Position numbers and translations under genes: made by a program. A DNA stretch of 64,000 bases, taken from NCBI GenBank assembly GCA_963727445.1, contig CAVSGI010000006.1, positions 224,001 through 288,000 of the forward strand, read 5' to 3'. This document shows, one piece after another, positions 48,663 through 59,536 of this stretch. How positions within the stretch are numbered: position 1 is the stretch's first letter; every line of letters begins with the position of its first letter. Source of the stretch: an uncultured delta proteobacterium (GTDB lineage: Bacteria; Myxococcota_A; Polyangia; Polyangiales; B10-G4). Under the pieces are notes generated by a model that saw only the letters and a program-made list of their open reading frames with translations, ran no database searches and was not told the origin of the DNA.

Positions 48663-50885
48663 GCGAGGACGGGACCAAGGACGAGGAAGGCGGCGTCCGC
48701 TCGTTCCGAGCGAGGCGACGGACGCGGCGCGCGAAGCGAAGGCCGCTGCGCGTTCCCGTCGACGAGGTGCCGCGTCGCAGCGTGGTGGAGATGGCCGTCT
48801 CCGAGGAGGCGCCGCCCCGCAAGTCGTCCTTCCCGCCCCCCCGCAATGCGAACGTGGAGCTCGACGTCGATCTGGATGACGACGAGGAAGACGAGCAGCC
48901 AGCAGCGGCTGGAGCCGCCGCCGAAGAGTCGAAGCGCGATAGCGTCGTCGTGCGTGGCGCGGTTCGCATCACCGACATGCCGGCCGCGTCGTCGGCGAGC
49001 GCGGTGGAGATCCCCAAGGCGCCGCGCGTCCCTTCGACGGCTCCCGAGGCCTCCGAGGACGAGCCCGCCTCCGATCGTCCCCTCGCCGCGACCATCGAAG
49101 AGACGGCGCCCGTCGAATCCCTCGATGCCTGCAGATGCGGACGATGGATGGCTCGAGGAGTCGTCCACGGAGATCACCATCGAGGCGGCTGACCCGGAGG
49201 AAGCCGCGGAGCTCGCGGAGGTCGAGGTAGAGCTCGACGAGGCGGAAGAAGAAGAAGAGCTCGACGACGCGGAAGACGAGCTGCTGGGCGAAGCCGAAGA
49301 AGAGGCCGAAGAAGAGGCCGAAGAAGAAGAGGCCGAAGCGGAAGGTGACGAAGAGGAGGAGGCGCCGGAGGCGGCGGTCTCGTCCGAGCGTGCCCCGGCG
49401 CGCGGGATCTCCGAGGTCACCGAGGAGCTCGACATCTCGGCGATCTCCGAGGTGGCTGAAGAGGCGGAAGATCTCGACATCGAGGAGGAGATCGCCGCCG
49501 ACGAGATCGAGGAGGCGAGCCCGCCGCCGAAGGACAAGGGCAACTCCGCTCCTCCGCCCCCACCCGCCAAGGCCGAAAAGGGTCCGCCCCCCGCGCCCCC
49601 GACGAAGAAGAAGGACAAGGCCGCAGCCGAGGGCAAGGCCCCCCCGCCGCCGCCCGACGAAAAGGCCGCCGCTGCAGCCGTCGCCGCCTCGCAGAAGCGA
49701 CGCCGTCCGTGGTTCGAGACCTTCTTCAACGACGACTACCTGCGCACCGTTCCTTCCAACACCTATCGTCACGTCTCGCGTCAGTGCGACTTCATGCAGG
49801 AGATGCTGAAGCTGCCTCCGGGGTCGACGATCCTCGACGTGGGCTGCGGTCTCGGTCTGCACGCCCTCGAGCTGCGCTCGCGTGGATACCTGGTGGTCGG
49901 TCTCGACCTGTCGCTGCCGATGCTGTCCCGCGCGGCGGACGAGGCACAGGACCGCGGGGTGAAGATCAACTTCCTCCACTCCGACATGCGGGAGATGACT
50001 TTCGAAGGAGCCTTCGACGCCATCCTCTGTTGGGGAACGACATTCGGCTACTTCGACGACGAGTCGAACAAGAAGGTCCTCGAGCGCCTGTATCAGGCGC
50101 TCAAGCCGCGGGGCCTGTTGCTCCTCGACGTCGTCAACCGCGACTTCGTCGTGCGCCAGCAGCCCAACCTCGTCTGGTTCGAGGGCGACGGATGCGTTTG
50201 CATGGAGGAGACGCAGTTCAACTTCATCAAGGACCGCCTCGAGGTGAAGCGGACGGTGATCCTGGACGACGGCCGGCAGCGCGAGACCTACTACTCGGTG
50301 CGCCTCTACACGCTGCACGAGATCGGTCAGCTGATGCACCACCAGGGCTTCCGGGTGGCGTCGGTGTCGGGCCAGGAGGCGACGCCCAACGTCTTCTTCG
50401 GGGCGGACTCCCCGCGGCTGATCATCCTGGCGGAGCGCCGGGCCAAGAAGGGTGAAGCGAAGGCCAAGGGCGACAAGGCGAAGCCGCCGCCCGCGCCCCC
50501 CTCTCAGCCGCCCGCCGCAGCCGAGGAGCCGGAGGAGCTGGGCCTCGAGGACGTGGAGGTCGAGGAGGAGGAGGAGGCCGTCGCGGCCGCTCCCAAGGCC
50601 GAGGAGACCACCAAGCCCGAGGCCAAGGCGCTGCGCGAGGCCGAAGCCTCGGCGCCGTCGGAATCCACCCGGCCCGACGCCCAGGCGCTGCGCGACGAGG
50701 ACGAAGGCATAGCCGCGGCCCCGCAGATGCCGCCCGTGAGCGAGGACGACTACGTCGACGAGAGCGACACGGTGGTCGGCGGCGAGTTCCCCATCGACGA
50801 GGAGGCGGACATCGTCGTCGAGGAAGACGAGGACGAGGACGAGGACGGCGGCGTCACCAATCCCGAAGGTGAAGAGGTCGACTGA
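48659..50885 (+). CDS. Class I SAM methyltransferase flanked by long acidic low-complexity regions (one extra base at ~49116)
   Basis: LDVGCGLG, GLDLS, DMR, FGYF, LKPRG; GTGA overlap with psd; removing one A of GAATC joins the two ORFs. Confidence 0.8.
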
Positions 50886-52040
50886 CCGCGGCCTCCGCCA
50901 ACGAGGAGCGCCAGGGCTGCCGAGCCCGCGAATCCGGCGCCCGTGAGAAACGTCGCGTCGGGGCCCAGCCGCTGCCAGAGCACGCCGGCCAGCAGGCTCG
51001 CCAGCAGCAATGCGCCACCGGTGAGGAGGTTGAAGAGGCCGAACGCGGTTCCTCGACGGTCCGCGGGCGCGGCATCGGAGACCAGGGCTGAGAGCAGCCC
51101 CTGACTCGACGCCAGGTGCACACCCCACAGACCCACTCCGACGACGACGCCCCACAGGCCGGGGAGCAGCACGAGGCAGAGGTCTGCGCCGACGAGCACC
51201 AGGAGCCCGAGGAAGAGCAGACGGTGGCGACCGAGTCGAATCCGAGAGCGCACCCAGTGGTGCCGCGAGCGCGGCGTAGATGACGTTCATCCACACCATG
51301 ACGAGAGGCAGGTGGGTCTCGGACACGCCGGTATCACTGGCCTTCAGGACCAGGAATGCCTCGGAGAAACGCGCGAGGGTGAACACGACGCCGATGACGA
51401 CGACGCGCCAGAACTCGCGAGACAAGCCGAGGAGATCCGCCGACGCGAAAACGGGAGGGGGCGGGGCCCGGTGATCGCTGGTGGGTGGCTCGCGAACGGC
51501 GAAGACGATGAGCAGCACGGCGAGCGCGGCGGGGAGCGACGCCCACCAGAACACGGAGCGAAGATCGTCTCCGTGGAGGATCATGAGGGCCATCGCCAAC
51601 AGCGGTCCGAGAAAGGCTCCGACGGAGTCGAGCGCTTGCCGGATCCCATAGGCCGCTCCCCGCTGCCGTGTCTCGGTCAGGTCGGCGATGAGCGCGTCGC
51701 GCGGGGCGCCCCGGATGCCCTTGCCGACGCGATCGACGAAACGGGCGAGGAACACCCACCCGGCCGTGCTCGCGAGTGGGAAGAGCGGCTTGCTCAGCGC
51801 GGCGAGCCCATATCCGGCGGCCGTGATCCACTTTCGTTTGCGGAACCGGTCCGACAGAGCGCCGGAGAGCACCTTGCTCACCGAGGCGGTGGCCTGGCCG
51901 ACCCCTTCGATGAGCCCGACGGTGACGGTGGAAGCGCCGAGCGTGCTCACCAGGAACACGGGCAGGAGGCTGTTGATCAGCTCCGACGAGGTGTCCATGG
52001 AGAGCGACACCAGCCCGAGGACGATGACGTCGCGCGGCAT
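50750..52040 (-). CDS. MFS transporter (one extra base at ~51239)
   Basis: DTSSEL, GALSDRFRKRK, DRVGKGIRGAPRDALIAD, RFSEAFL; corrected SDRLGR; RGTAFG. Confidence 0.85.
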
Positions 52041-52128
52041 CGTCCGCCGCGGGCCTTCACCTTCCCCGGTAGTGGTAGACGTTCTTTGCCGGCCTGAGCC
52101 GTCCAGCGGCCCCTGCGGGTTCATTCGG

Positions 52129-52398
52129 TCAGTTCTTGGTGGCTGCTTCCAGCTCGTTTCGGATGTGCGTCAGGGAGCGCTTGAGCTGCTCCCAGGTCGT
52201 GATGAGCTCATCGTCCACCACTTCCGTGACCCGCTCCGCTCGATGCTCGAACTTCTTGATTTGAGGGTCGAGCTCCTCGAGGCGCTCCGTGAGGTCCATG
52301 TTCCCGAGGTGGGCTTTGACGCGGATGGTGTCGCGGAGCCGCTGCAGGTCTTCGTTCATCTGCCGCAACTGCTTCTTAGCCAGTTCACGTGTTGTCAT
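52129..52398 (-). CDS. Small helical hypothetical protein
   Basis: 89 aa amphipathic helices (LRDTIRVKAHLG); AAGGA RBS. Confidence 0.7.
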   Translation of the reverse strand: MTTRELAKKQLRQMNEDLQRLRDTIRVKAHLGNMDLTERLEELDPQIKKFEHRAERVTEVVDDELITTWEQLKRSLTHIRNELEAATKN

Positions 52399-52479
52399 CG
52401 GCTCGTCCTTTCGCGCTTTCAGCTATGAACGAAACCGCGTTTGTCCAGTCCTGGCCCCCACGGCGGGCCCTGGCCCGGC

Positions 52480-53100
52480 TCAAGGCTCGGTGGTCGTCGT
52501 GTCCGCGGAGGGTCCGGTACCGGTGCCGAAGAGGCTGTAGCTGATGGTGCAGGGCAGGGCGGCCCAGGGGCCGCCGTTCTGCACCGGGAGGGGCGAGCAG
52601 TCGCTGTCGATCGTCGGCGTGAACTGGATCTCGTTCACCCCTCGGATCTCGAGCGCCGCCGCGCTGCCCGCATCGCCCGCGTCGGCGATCGACGCGTCGG
52701 CGACTCCGGCGTCGGCGTCAGCCGAGGTGACCTGCACCTCCACCAGCTCCACTTGCTGCAGGCTGCAACCCCGATAGTCCGGTCCGGGGGCGAGCACCGG
52801 CACCGTGGTGCCGCTCCGAAAGCGCATGGTGCCGTCGGGCATCCGGATCCCCTCCTGCACCGGCTGATCGTCCATGAGCCAGAGCGCGCGGCCCGACTGA
52901 TCACGGATCTCCACCCCGAAGGCGATCGGATCGAGCGCGGGGACGGCGGCGCCGCAGCCGTTGGCGTCGAGGGAGCCGCTGATCTGGAAGGTGCCCACGC
53001 TTGCGCCGGGCTGGGTCGGCGGCTCACAGCCGAGCGTCACGAGGGCCAAGAGGAGACTCGACAGAGCGAGGGGCAGGACGGAAGTGAGACTTCGGCGCAT
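52480..53100 (-). CDS. Hypothetical Cys-containing lipoprotein
   Basis: Lipobox TLGC; further Cys; DAG-rich spacer. Confidence 0.7.
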   Translation of the reverse strand: MRRSLTSVLPLALSSLLLALVTLGCEPPTQPGASVGTFQISGSLDANGCGAAVPALDPIAFGVEIRDQSGRALWLMDDQPVQEGIRMPDGTMRFRSGTTVPVLAPGPDYRGCSLQQVELVEVQVTSADADAGVADASIADAGDAGSAAALEIRGVNEIQFTPTIDSDCSPLPVQNGGPWAALPCTISYSLFGTGTGPSADTTTTEP

Positions 53101-53182
53101 GTGACGGGGATAGCCCCGCCGCCCAGCGGCGCGAAATTAACGGCAAGAAGGGGAGGCGGGCGCACGGCCCCACGAGCCGAGC

Positions 53183-55186
53183 TCACTCGGCCGATTCGGG
53201 AGCCGGCTCGGCCTCGGCGCCTTCCGGCACTTCGCCCGAAGCATCGGCGTCCACCTGGTGGGTGCTCCCCGGGGCAACGGGCTCGATGTGGAACTCGACG
53301 CGACGGTTCTCCGCGCGTCCCTCGCTGGTCTCGTTGTCGCCGATGGGGCGGTCGGGGCCGAAGCCCTGGGCGTAGAGCCGCTCGGGCGCGATGCCCTTTT
53401 CCACGAGGTAGGTGACGCAGGCCTGGGCGCGGTCCATGGAGAGGGTGCGGTTGCGGTCCGCGTTGCCGCGGTCGTCGGTGTGACCCTCGACGCGCACTCG
53501 GCGGTAGTTCGGGTTGCGCTCGAGGATGGTGGCCACCGCGTCGAGGATCTGCCGCGAGCGGCGCCCGCGGATCGTCGCGCGGTTGGTGGCGAACTGCACC
53601 TGCTGAAGGAGCCGGATGGTCTGTCCCTCGACCACGACCAGGGCGTCGCCGTCGGGGCAGCCGTCGTCGTCGGCGCGGCCGTTCATCGTCTCGGGTTCCT
53701 GCGGACAGCGGTCGGCCGAGTCGGGGATCCCGTCGCCGTCGCTGTCCTCTTCGGGACAACCGTCGTCGTCCTCGACGCCGTTCATGATCTCCGGCTGGTC
53801 GGGACAGACGTCGTTGTCGTCCGGGATGCCGTCGCCGTCGAAGTCTTCCTCCGGGCAGCCGTCCTCGTCCCCGTAGCCGTCGGTGTCTTCCGGATCGTTC
53901 GGACACTGATCGTCCGCGTCGGGGATGCCGTCGCGGTCGGTGTCGTCGTCGGGGCAGCCGTCCTCGTCCCGGTCGCCGTCCATGTCCTCCGGCTCTTCGG
54001 GGCAGGAGTCGTAGCCGTCGTTGATCCCGTCGCCGTCGTTGTCGAGATCGGGGCAGCCGTCCTCGTCTTCGTGCTCGTCGCGATCCTCGGCTTCGTTGGG
54101 GCAGCTATCATCCGCGTCGAGGAAGCCGTCGTTGTCGTTGTCGGGCTCTGGACAGCCATCGTCGTCGATGTAGCCGTCCATGTCCTCCATCTCGGCGGGA
54201 CACGCGTCGTCGCCGTCGAGGATGCCGTCGCCGTCGGTGTCGTAGCGGAGGGGCGCCCACGCCGCGCCGGCATAGACGCGGGCGACGGGCACGCCCACGC
54301 CGCTGATGAAGCCGGTCCCCGCGCCGAGGGTGAAGGTGAAGTCGCCCTGCTTGAGCTGGCCGGTGATGCGTCCTTCGAGGGGGTTCTCGTCGACCTGCGA
54401 ATCGAAGGTGCTCGCGCCGTCGAGCTCGGCGAAGACGGTGATCAGGGGTGTGATGTCGTAGCCCGCAGCGATGCGGTAGGTGAACTGGCTGCCGGCGACG
54501 GTCGAGAAGACCTGTTGCTTGTCGCGCCAATAACCGCCGACGTTCACCGCTGCGTGGAAGCCCTCGATCGAGTATTCGCCGATGACCTCACCGCCGGTCG
54601 TGACGGTGGGATCGCCCATGAAGGAGCCGGCGGCGACGTTCTGGGCGATGGGAAAGGTGACCCAGTAGCGCGCGGCGAGGCCGAAGCCGTTCCGGCCGTC
54701 GCCGTAGATGCGGCCCTTCACCGAGAGCTGGGGATCGCCGAGGGTGTACTGGTCGACGCCGCCGACCGTGCGCCGCATCCCCATGATGTCGACGTCGATC
54801 CCTTGTCCGGCCGTGTAGCCCAGGGGAAGCACCAGGCCGACCTGCAAGCAATCGAAGAGCGCGATGCTCCCGTAGATGTGCTGCTGGAACATGTGCTCGA
54901 CGAGACGGCGATTGACGCCGGTGGTCTCGCAGTTGGTTCCGTCTGGCGCGCAGGTCGCGTTGTAGAGCGTCAGCGGGGCATACGCGTAGTCGAGGAGCAG
55001 ACCAACCGTCGGGGTCAGGTGACCGCCGATGGTCGTCCCATCGGTCCCCAGATAGTTGAGGGGACCGGGGGCCGGTCTGAACCGCGTAGCCGAAAAGTTC
55101 CCCAGGACCCCGTCTTGGGCCTGGGCGATGGGTGACGCTGTGATGAGCGATGCAAGACAGACAGCGAGCCAGAGACTGGGGCGCAT
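53183..55186 (-). CDS. Outer-membrane beta-barrel + thrombospondin type 3 repeats + OmpA domain protein (TraB-like architecture)
   Basis: Signal peptide; DxDGDG..D.CP..ED.DG..D.DGCP repeats; EGHTD...N..LS..RA; NRRVEF. Confidence 0.9.
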   Translation of the reverse strand: MRPSLWLAVCLASLITASPIAQAQDGVLGNFSATRFRPAPGPLNYLGTDGTTIGGHLTPTVGLLLDYAYAPLTLYNATCAPDGTNCETTGVNRRLVEHMFQQHIYGSIALFDCLQVGLVLPLGYTAGQGIDVDIMGMRRTVGGVDQYTLGDPQLSVKGRIYGDGRNGFGLAARYWVTFPIAQNVAAGSFMGDPTVTTGGEVIGEYSIEGFHAAVNVGGYWRDKQQVFSTVAGSQFTYRIAAGYDITPLITVFAELDGASTFDSQVDENPLEGRITGQLKQGDFTFTLGAGTGFISGVGVPVARVYAGAAWAPLRYDTDGDGILDGDDACPAEMEDMDGYIDDDGCPEPDNDNDGFLDADDSCPNEAEDRDEHEDEDGCPDLDNDGDGINDGYDSCPEEPEDMDGDRDEDGCPDDDTDRDGIPDADDQCPNDPEDTDGYGDEDGCPEEDFDGDGIPDDNDVCPDQPEIMNGVEDDDGCPEEDSDGDGIPDSADRCPQEPETMNGRADDDGCPDGDALVVVEGQTIRLLQQVQFATNRATIRGRRSRQILDAVATILERNPNYRRVRVEGHTDDRGNADRNRTLSMDRAQACVTYLVEKGIAPERLYAQGFGPDRPIGDNETSEGRAENRRVEFHIEPVAPGSTHQVDADASGEVPEGAEAEPAPESAE

Positions 55187-55312
55187 TCAACCCTCCCGCG
55201 GCCCGTACTATCACAGAGATTCTCTGCGAATTTCAACGAAACTCGGTGCTGGGGTCGGAAAATTCCAGATCGGCCCAGAAACCGGGACAACCAGCGCTCA
55301 GCGGGGCGATCG

Positions 55313-56119
55313 TCAGTAGTTGACGGTGAAGTCGCAGCTGAAGTTGGTGACGGTGGCCGCAGGCTCACCGTCCCGACCAATTCCCGGACGCCAGCGCGTC
55401 TGACGCAGCATCCGCGCGCAAGCCTGGGCGAATTCCTGGTCGGTGGAGGCGAGGGTGCGGACCACGTGGATGCTGCCGTCCGTGTTGATGCGGATCCGGA
55501 TCTGCGATCGCCCCTCGACGCCCTGGCTCCGTGCTTCGCGGGGATAATAGCGCTGGAGCAGGGTGTCGAGGTTCCCGGGGGCCTCGGGACGCTGCGCCAA
55601 GGAGGACATGGGGACGATCGCCGGCCCGGATCCCTCGCCCGTTCCCCCGGGTGTGCCGTCCCCACTTCCCTCGCGGCTGCGCCCCGTGACCTGAGCACCC
55701 GGTCGGCCGACCGGCCCTTCGCGATCGACGCCGCTTCCCTGCTGCATCGCCCAACCGCTCTCGCCGCTCTCGTTGGTGAGGACGAGGTTGTCGAAGGAAA
55801 CGGGCGTCTCCTCCGCGGGCGGGGGCGGCTCGGGGTCGGCCTCGGGCTCGGGCTCCGGCTCGCGCCTCCGGGGCGGTGGCTCGGGCTCGGGCTCTGGTTC
55901 CGGCTCCGGCTCTTCGGCTTCGGGCTCTTCCGGAAGCTCCTCGAGCTCGGGGAGTGGCTCGGGCTGTTCGTCGACCATCGTGATCTCGACCTCCGAGATC
56001 AGCCGCGTGAAGTGCTCCACGTCGACCATGCTCAGGCCGGCGAAGGTGGACACGTGGACGAGGAGGCTGAGGAGCAGCGCTCCGATCAGCAGGGTGTTGC
56101 CTTCAAACAGCTTTCCCAC
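55313..56119 (-). CDS. tonB: TonB family energy transducer
   Basis: TM with S-x3-H; (EP)n linker; YPREARSQGVEG. Confidence 0.85.
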   Translation of the reverse strand: MGKLFEGNTLLIGALLLSLLVHVSTFAGLSMVDVEHFTRLISEVEITMVDEQPEPLPELEELPEEPEAEEPEPEPEPEPEPPPRRREPEPEPEADPEPPPPAEETPVSFDNLVLTNESGESGWAMQQGSGVDREGPVGRPGAQVTGRSREGSGDGTPGGTGEGSGPAIVPMSSLAQRPEAPGNLDTLLQRYYPREARSQGVEGRSQIRIRINTDGSIHVVRTLASTDQEFAQACARMLRQTRWRPGIGRDGEPAATVTNFSCDFTVNY

Positions 56120-56128
56120 GTCCAGACT

Positions 56129-56548
56129 TCAATGTTGCAGATCCGAGGGCCTCACGTTGATGGCGAACTTGGTGACGCGTTCCTGCCGAAGCAAGTCTAT
56201 GATTTGAACGACGCGGGCGTGGTTGATGCGCCCGTCCGCGGCGATGACGGCCCGAAGATCCTCGTCATTCTCGCGCGCTGCGCGAATTCTGCGCCGAAGT
56301 CCTTCCTCATCGATGGGCTGCGCATCGAGGAAAAGCGCGCCCTCGGCGTCGATCGAGACGGCGAGGGTGGTGGGAACGGCGTCGGTGGGCCCAGCCGCTT
56401 CCGGCAGCTCCACCGGGATGGTCTTCGACACGATCGCCGTCGCCGTGACCATGAGGATGATCAGCAGCACGAGCACCACGTCGACCAGAGGGGTGACGTT
56501 GATCGCGAAGATGATCTCGTCGTCGTCGCCGCCGCTGCCGCCGCCCAT
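56129..56548 (-). CDS. exbD: ExbD/TolR family protein
   Basis: INVTPLVDVVLVLLIILMVT; IAADG. Confidence 0.92.
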   Translation of the reverse strand: MGGGSGGDDDEIIFAINVTPLVDVVLVLLIILMVTATAIVSKTIPVELPEAAGPTDAVPTTLAVSIDAEGALFLDAQPIDEEGLRRRIRAARENDEDLRAVIAADGRINHARVVQIIDLLRQERVTKFAINVRPSDLQH

Positions 56549-56550
56549 CG

Positions 56551-57207
56551 CTACTCCGCCGCCTCTGCTTCGGGCTCGCCCGCGCCCTTGGCCTTGAGGT
56601 GGGCGAGGAGGTCCTTGCCCATGGCGTCGGCCCGTCCGAGGCGCGCCTTGATGACGCGCGTGAAGAGGTTGAAGAAGGCGACCGCGGGGATCGCGACCAG
56701 CAGGCCGATGCAGGTGGCGACGAGGGCTTCACCGATCTCGCGCATCACGCCGCTCGACGCCTGACCTCCGCTCTCGTCGAGCGCCGCGAACGCGCGGATG
56801 ACGCCGATGACGGTGCCGAGCAGCCCGACGAAGGGGGCGTTGTTGCCGACGGTGCCGAGGAAGGCGAGGTTCTTCTCCATGGCGAGGCGCGCGAGCGACG
56901 CTTCGCCGGCCATCCGATCCTCGGCGGCCGCCGCTCCGTCCTCCGCAGCCTCGAGCCCAGCCGCCACGATGCGCGCTTCGAAGCTGCGCGAGGAGCCCAA
57001 GCGCTTCTTGGCGCCGGCGAAGTCCTTCTTGCCGAGGAGCTTCAGCAGGTCGCCTTTGAGGGTGGCGAAGTCGTCGCGAGACGAGACGAGGTAGTAGATG
57101 CGCTCGAGGATGATGGCGAGGCCGATCACCGAGAGCACGACCAAGAGCCACATCACCCAGCCGGCGCCCAACATGGCGAACGCCGTCAGTCTTTCCTGGA
57201 TATTCAT
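56551..57207 (-). CDS. exbB: MotA/TolQ/ExbB proton channel
   Basis: APFVGLLGTVIGVIRAF; EALVATCIGLLVAIPA. Confidence 0.92.
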   Translation of the reverse strand: MNIQERLTAFAMLGAGWVMWLLVVLSVIGLAIILERIYYLVSSRDDFATLKGDLLKLLGKKDFAGAKKRLGSSRSFEARIVAAGLEAAEDGAAAAEDRMAGEASLARLAMEKNLAFLGTVGNNAPFVGLLGTVIGVIRAFAALDESGGQASSGVMREIGEALVATCIGLLVAIPAVAFFNLFTRVIKARLGRADAMGKDLLAHLKAKGAGEPEAEAAE

Positions 57208-57311
57208 CTGATCCTTTGCCGTTCCCTCGGAGCGGGAGGGAAACCTAGGAGACCCGAGCCCTTCCGACAAGCGGCACTTGGAGGCTCTTCCCGGCGCGGG
57301 GACGAAGGGGT

Positions 57312-58340
57312 TCAGGCCTTGGTGATTTCACGGGTGATTACCGTCGCGTAGGCGCCCTTTTTCAGGGTGAGCGCGAGGACGAGCGCGCCGTCTTCCTCGA
57401 GCGAGGCCGTCGCCTCCTCCGGACGCACGCGCAGGACCCGCCGCGTGCCTTCACCCGCCTTTCGAAAGCGTGCGAGATGCGCGCGGGTCAGGCCGGCGCC
57501 CTCGAGCACCGCCTCCTCTCGCGCGAGGGTCTCGCCCTCGGGCCAGCGCATCTTGGCGCCGAACATCGGCCCCGTGGGGCTGACCTCGAAGCGATCGAGG
57601 CGCCCCTGCTCCTCCTCGCGATCACTCGCGACGAAGAGCCCACCCGTGTCCTCCTTCTTCAGCAGGTCGCCTGCGGTCCAGGTGGCGAGGCGCCCCTCTT
57701 CCACCCGCTTGCCGAGGACGGTGTTGAAGAGCGCCGCCTGGAGCGCGGAGACCAGGAGCTTCTTTTCGAAGCGCTTGCGAGGCGGCCGACCCGCGTCGGC
57801 GATCCACGAAAGCGCACGCGCCACGTTCTTTCCCTCGTGTCCGAAGCGCTGCGCGCCGAAGTAGTTGGGGCAGCCGACGGACGCGAGGCGTGCGAGGACC
57901 GCGCGGACGGCTTCGAGGTCGGGGCGCGCGTCCCGGATGCGAAGCACGAAACGGTTGCCGCGGAGGTGCCCGGTGCGGAGCTTGTGCGGGTGACGTGCGG
58001 CCTCGAGGATCTGGATGCCATCGAGGGACAGTGCGAGGGCGCTTTCGGGATTGCCCCCCTCGATGCTCGCCCATTGGGTGGTGATGGCGCGGCGGTCCTT
58101 CATCCCCGCGTAGCCGGCGCCCCGAGGATCGCAGCCGAGGGCCTGGGCGATGGCCCGCACCGCGCGTTCGGTGTCGAGGTCCCGCTTCCGAAAGCGGACG
58201 AAGAGGTGGGTGCCTTCGCCGGCTGGTGGGTAGGCGGGGATCTCATCGACCCTGAAGTCTTCGGGCTCGCTCTTGAGGCGACCACCGACGCCGGGAAGGT
58301 CTGCCGTGAGAAAAGGAGGGTTGGAGTAGGGGTAGTCCAT
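57312..58340 (-). CDS. truD: tRNA pseudouridine(13) synthase
   Basis: PEDFRVDE, YAGMKDRRA.T.Q, GHLRGNRF, PNYFGAQRFG, GAYAT. Confidence 0.95.
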   Translation of the reverse strand: MDYPYSNPPFLTADLPGVGGRLKSEPEDFRVDEIPAYPPAGEGTHLFVRFRKRDLDTERAVRAIAQALGCDPRGAGYAGMKDRRAITTQWASIEGGNPESALALSLDGIQILEAARHPHKLRTGHLRGNRFVLRIRDARPDLEAVRAVLARLASVGCPNYFGAQRFGHEGKNVARALSWIADAGRPPRKRFEKKLLVSALQAALFNTVLGKRVEEGRLATWTAGDLLKKEDTGGLFVASDREEEQGRLDRFEVSPTGPMFGAKMRWPEGETLAREEAVLEGAGLTRAHLARFRKAGEGTRRVLRVRPEEATASLEEDGALVLALTLKKGAYATVITREITKA

Positions 58341-58420
58341 ATCTGGGGAGGGGTTGACGAATGCGTCCTTGCCGTTCTTTCTGATAGACCGCGATGCGCG
58401 GCTCCGGTACCTGTTAATGG

Positions 58421-59536
58421 GTGGGGCGCAGCCGGAAGGACCGCATCCGGGCCGAGGCGAGACGCCTGCTGGAGGCGGGCGTTGCGGGGCAGGTTTTCCC
58501 CGGCGGAGCTTCTTGCGTCGCTTACCGCGAAGCGGGTGAGGTCGTCTACGCCCTCGCCGCGGGCGGTCGCCTGAAACACGGCGGTGCGGCGGTCCGCGAG
58601 GACACGCCCTACGATCTCGCCTCGCTCACCAAGCCCTTCGTGGCGGTGACCGCGCTCCGCTTGATGGAGCATGGGGTGGTGGATCTCACGGCGCGCGCGG
58701 ACGGCATGCTGGCCGACGTGCGGGGAGGACAGGGTGGCTCGGCGAGTCTCGAGCAGCTGCTCTCGCATCGCTCCGGGCTCGCGGCCTGGGGCGGGCTGTA
58801 TCTCGACGTTCCACACGAGCCGGGATCGCTCGCCGCGCGGCGTTGGATCCTGAGTGAGGCGTCGCGACGCGGCGAGCGCGAGCCCGATACCAAGACGGAG
58901 TACAGCGACCTCGGCTACATCATCGCCGGCGACACCATCGCGCGCGCGGCGGGGATGACCCTCGACAAGCTCGTCGAGCGCGAGGTGACGGTGCCCCTCG
59001 GGATCGATCGCGAGGTGTATTACGCGGGAGCCTTGCCTGCGGAGCGAAAGGCCGCGCTGATCCGCACGGCTGCGCCGACGGAGCGTTGCGATTGGCGCGG
59101 GCGGATCGTCACGGGCGAGGTCCACGACGAGAACTGCTCGGCGCTGGGTGGGGTCGCCGGTCACGCGGGCCTCTTCGGCACGGCCCACGGCGTCGCCGTC
59201 TTCGGGCGCGAGATGCTGGCGGTCCTCGCCGGCACGTCGGAGATCCTGAAGAAGGAGACGCTCGAGTACGCGCTGAAGCAGCGCGACGAGGAAGGGCGCT
59301 ACCGGCTCGGCTGGGACACCAAGAGCGGCAGCCCGTCCTCCGCGGGCCGTCACCTCGGCCCGAAGTCATTCGGTCATCTGGGCTTCACGGGCACGAGCAT
59401 CTGGATCGATCCCGACCAGGACATCGTCGTCGTCCTGCTCACCAACCGGGTCCACCCGAGCCGCGCCAACGAAAAGATCCGCGGCTTCCGCCCCGCCTTC
59501 CACGACGGGGTGATGAGCGCGTTCAAGTCCTCTTGA
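58421..59536 (+). CDS. Serine hydrolase, beta-lactamase-related family
   Basis: DLASLTK, LLSHRSGL, YSDLG, GHAGLF, GHLGFTGTS, LTNRVH. Confidence 0.9.
   Translation: MGRSRKDRIRAEARRLLEAGVAGQVFPGGASCVAYREAGEVVYALAAGGRLKHGGAAVREDTPYDLASLTKPFVAVTALRLMEHGVVDLTARADGMLADVRGGQGGSASLEQLLSHRSGLAAWGGLYLDVPHEPGSLAARRWILSEASRRGEREPDTKTEYSDLGYIIAGDTIARAAGMTLDKLVEREVTVPLGIDREVYYAGALPAERKAALIRTAAPTERCDWRGRIVTGEVHDENCSALGGVAGHAGLFGTAHGVAVFGREMLAVLAGTSEILKKETLEYALKQRDEEGRYRLGWDTKSGSPSSAGRHLGPKSFGHLGFTGTSIWIDPDQDIVVVLLTNRVHPSRANEKIRGFRPAFHDGVMSAFKSS

Noticed and set aside
48969..52124. 1051 aa MFS fusion ORF
   Set aside because: The frameshift at ~51239 runs the MFS into the antisense of the methyltransferase
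53655..54240. CRISPR-like periodic repeats
   Set aside because: Degenerate coding thrombospondin type 3 repeats, with no constant repeat/unique spacer pattern and no cas genes
57208..57311. Cobalamin riboswitch or Fur box before exbB
   Set aside because: No B12-box consensus and no AT-rich palindrome; the region is short
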